Shown piece after piece: positions 61,085-64,000 of a stretch of DNA of 64,000 bases. How positions within the stretch are numbered: position 1 is the first letter of the stretch; every line of letters begins with the position of its first letter. The notes beneath the pieces are model-generated. The model did no database searches. It was not told the DNA's origin and saw only the letters and a program-made list of their open reading frames with translations. The translations under genes were made by a program, and so were the position numbers. The DNA comes from the human T2T-CHM13v2.0 reference genome, Homo sapiens: assembly GCF_009914755.1 (NCBI RefSeq), contig NC_060946.1; one strand, given 5' to 3'.

Positions 61085-62405
61085 ATAGGACAAGTGTGGG
61101 CTGTGGTTCGTTCTACCTTGGAACTTTTTCACACTGATGATGAGGAGGAAGGAGAGTATAACAAAGTAACAGTAGAGGTTACAGACCAGGTTTATTTGTC
61201 ACCTAAAGCTAAAGCAGAAAAGGAGGGAGAGGTTCATCCCTATCCTTCTGCACACCCTCATTACTATTTTGAAGAAAACGACCCTCCAGATCTTTCTTTT
61301 CTGGAGGACACTGGGTGAAAAGTAGTTGCCCTGATGACTGTTCGAGCAGCGCCTTGAGCGACTGCTCTTAGTTCTATTCAGGCAGGAATACAGCAAGCTA
61401 GACAAAAGTGGGATTTAGAGGCTTGGCAGTTCCCTGTTTGAATACACCCCACAGATCAACAGGGAAATATTATAGCTACATTTGGGCCTTTTCCTTTTAA
61501 ATCACTCAAAAAAATTAAACAAGCTATAAATCAGTATGGACCAGGTTCTCCTTTTGAAATGGGACTGTTAAAGAATGTTGCTGTTTCCAGTCGGATGATT
61601 CCTACTGACTGGGACACTTTTACTCTAGCTTGTCTAACTCCTGCTCAGTTCTTACAATTTAAAACTTAGTAGGCAGATGAAGCTTCCATTCAGGCTGCTC
61701 TCAATGCCTGGGCCCAACCTCAAATTAATATAACTGCAGACCAACTTTTGGGGGTTGGTGGCTGGGCTGGTTTACATGTACAAGTGGTCATGCAGGATGA
61801 TGCCATAGAACAGCTTAGAGGAGTGTGCATTAGAGCTTGGAATAAATCACTTCATGTGGAGAACAATACCCTTCCTTTAGTGCTATAAAACAGGGACCAA
61901 GAGAACCATATGTGGATTTTATAGCTTGGTTACAGGAGTCTCTTGAAAAGATGATTGCAGATTTGGCTGCTTAGGATATAGTGTTGCAGTTATTGGTTTT
62001 GACAATGCTAATCCTTATTGCCAGGCTGCTCTGCGACCTATCAGAGGGAAAGCACATTTAGTTGATTATAACAAGGCCTGTGATGATATCAGAGATAATC
62101 TACATAAAGCTACTTTGTTGGCACAGGCGATGGCAGGACTGAGAGTGGATAAAGGAAATACTCTATTTCCTGGAGCTTGTTTTAACTGTGGGAAGCATGG
62201 TCATACTAAAAAGAATGTAAAAAAAAAAAAAAATCACCGAGTCAGGCCACTAGATAGGGGAAAAAACAAAACTGCTGATCCTGAAATATGTCCAAAATGT
62301 AAAAAAGGAAAACTTTGGGCTAATCAGTGTCACTCTAAGTTTGATAAAGAAGGGAACCCGATTTTGGGAAACTCCCTGAGGGGCCCATCCCAGGCCCTGT
62401 TCTAA
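61085..62405 (+). pseudogene. gag: gag of HML-3 provirus, disrupted (start codon reads ATA; 3' limit approximate)
   Basis: (M)GQVWAVVRSTLELFHTDDEEEG, AWQFPV, QGPREPYVDFI, CFNCGKHGH, CPKCKKGKLWANQCHSKF. GGGAAAC slippery heptamer at 62366-62372. Confidence 0.92.
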
Positions 62406-63310
62406 ACCAGGGCATTTCCATCTCAGGCCATTCCCTCACCCCCATACGTTATCTTTCCCCACCACAGCCCATAGTGCTGCAGTAGATCCATGCTGCACAA
62501 AAGCTGTGAGCCTTCTGCCTGGGGAACCCCCGCAAAAGGTCCCAACAGGAGTCTGTGGACTGTTGCGAGCAGGGACAATGGGATTACTTTTAGGAAGGTC
62601 TAGTTTAAGTTTAAAAGGGGTACAAATACACACTGGAGTCATTGATTCAGATTACAATGAGGAAATTCAAATTGTGATATTTAGTTCTGTTCCCTGGAAA
62701 GCACAGCCAGGAGTGCGCATAGCACAGCTCCTGAGTGAGCCGTATGTGGGAATGGGAAAAAGTGAAATTAAATGAACTGGAGGATTTGGAAGCACAAATA
62801 AAAAAGGCAAGGCAGCTTATTGGGTAAATCAAATTACTGATAAACATCCTATCTGTGAAATAACTATCCAGGGAAAGAACTTTAAAGGTTTGGTAGATAC
62901 TATTTTTTTTTTTTTGGTAGGAGTGGACATTTCAATTATTTCTCTACAGCACTGGCTGTCCATGTGGCCAATTCAGCCCACTCAATTTAACACAGTGGAA
63001 ACTGCTAAAGCTCCAGAAGTGTATCAGAGTAGCTATACTTTGCATTGTGAAGGGCCCAATGGACAACCTGGGACTGTTCAACCAATTGCAACTTCTGTAC
63101 CTATAAATTTATGGGGGAGAGATTTATTATGACAATGGGGAGCACAAGTTCTAATTCCATAACAATTATACAGCCCTCAAAGTCAACATATGATGCACGA
63201 AATGGGGCATGTCCCTGGTATAGGAGTAGAAAAAAAATTGCAAGGTTTGAAAGAACTGCTTCAAACGGAAAGACAAAGTTCCTGCCAAAGATTAGGATAC
63301 CATTTTTGAT
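62372..63310 (+). pseudogene. pro: pro (dUTPase-protease-G-patch) of HML-3 provirus, disrupted
   Basis: LLPGEPPQKVPTG, GLLLGRSSL, GVIDSDY, GGFGST, LVDT[insert]G, PINLWGRDLL, and G-patch-like MGHVPGIG. Confidence 0.92.
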
Positions 63311-64000
63311 GGTGGCCATAGTTAAGCCTCCAGAACCTATACCTTTAAAATGGTTAACAGATAAGCCAATTTGGATAGAATAATGGCTGCTAAGCAAAGG
63401 GAAACTGGATGCTTTAGAGAAATTAGTTACTGAACAATTAGAAAATGGGCACATAGCGCCAACATTTTCCCCTTGGAATTCTCCAGTTTTCATAATTAAG
63501 AAAAAATCAGGTAAATGGAGAATGTTAACTGACTTAAGAGCCATCAATTCAGTTATACAACCTATGGAAATATAACAGCCAGGATTCCCTTCTCTACTAT
63601 AATTCCAAAAAATTGGCCTTTAATAGTCACAGATTTAAAAGACTGTTTCTTTACTACCCTTTTAGCTGAGCAAGACTGTGAACGGTTTGCATTTACAATT
63701 CCTGCAGTAAACAACCTGCAGCCTGCTAAGCTTTTTCATTGTTTCACAGATGGGTCTAGTAATGGTAAAGGTTCTTATTCTGGATCAAAAGCTAAAGTTT
63801 TCCAGACACCCTATACTTCAGCTCAAAAGGCGGAGCTTGTAGCTGTAATTGAGGTGTTGGCTGCTTTTGATATGCCTGTTAATGTGATTTCTGATTCTTC
63901 ATACATGGGTCATTCCACACAGTTAATTGAAAATGCTCAGTTAAGATTTCATACAGACGAACAACTGATAATAAAAACAAAAAAGGGGGAGAAACAGGGA
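63300..64000 (+). pseudogene. pol: pol of HML-3 provirus with two large internal deletions; runs off the window
   Basis: RT N-terminus ([49 protein letters not shown]) jumps at ~63740 to RNase H (FTDGSSNG, SAQKAEL, NVISDSSY), then at ~63970 to an integrase C-terminal KQKxG-type sequence. Confidence 0.88.

Noticed and set aside
58421-64000. Single provirus with duplicated gag, or intact viral genes
   Set aside because: The two LTRs are different families, the two gag regions are clearly divergent, and every viral frame has stops, frameshifts or deletions.

Overview
Primate, almost certainly human, non-coding DNA at a heterochromatin boundary. Bases 1-8956 are a human satellite 3-type (GGAAT/GGAGT)n array with internal duplications and three embedded Alu 3' fragments. 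The array is fused directly to an internal L1 ORF2 fragment. About 55 kb of AT-rich, repeat-dense DNA follows: a full-length but disabled L1PA4-like element (25879-31989), several truncated L1s, seven Alus, old solo LTRs, DNA-transposon fossils and a CR1/L3 remnant. The window ends in a nested stack: a HERV-K HML-3-type provirus (MER9 LTR) inside the dUTPase/pro region of a second HERV-K provirus (LTR14C/HML-9-like), which itself interrupts an older L1. I found no intact host protein-coding gene, RNA gene or CRISPR array, and nearly all listed ORFs are satellite or repeat artefacts. I did not find convincing evidence of a new biological system; the notable points are structural and evolutionary. 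Repeat subfamily names come from recalled consensus sequences and need RepeatMasker/Dfam confirmation.
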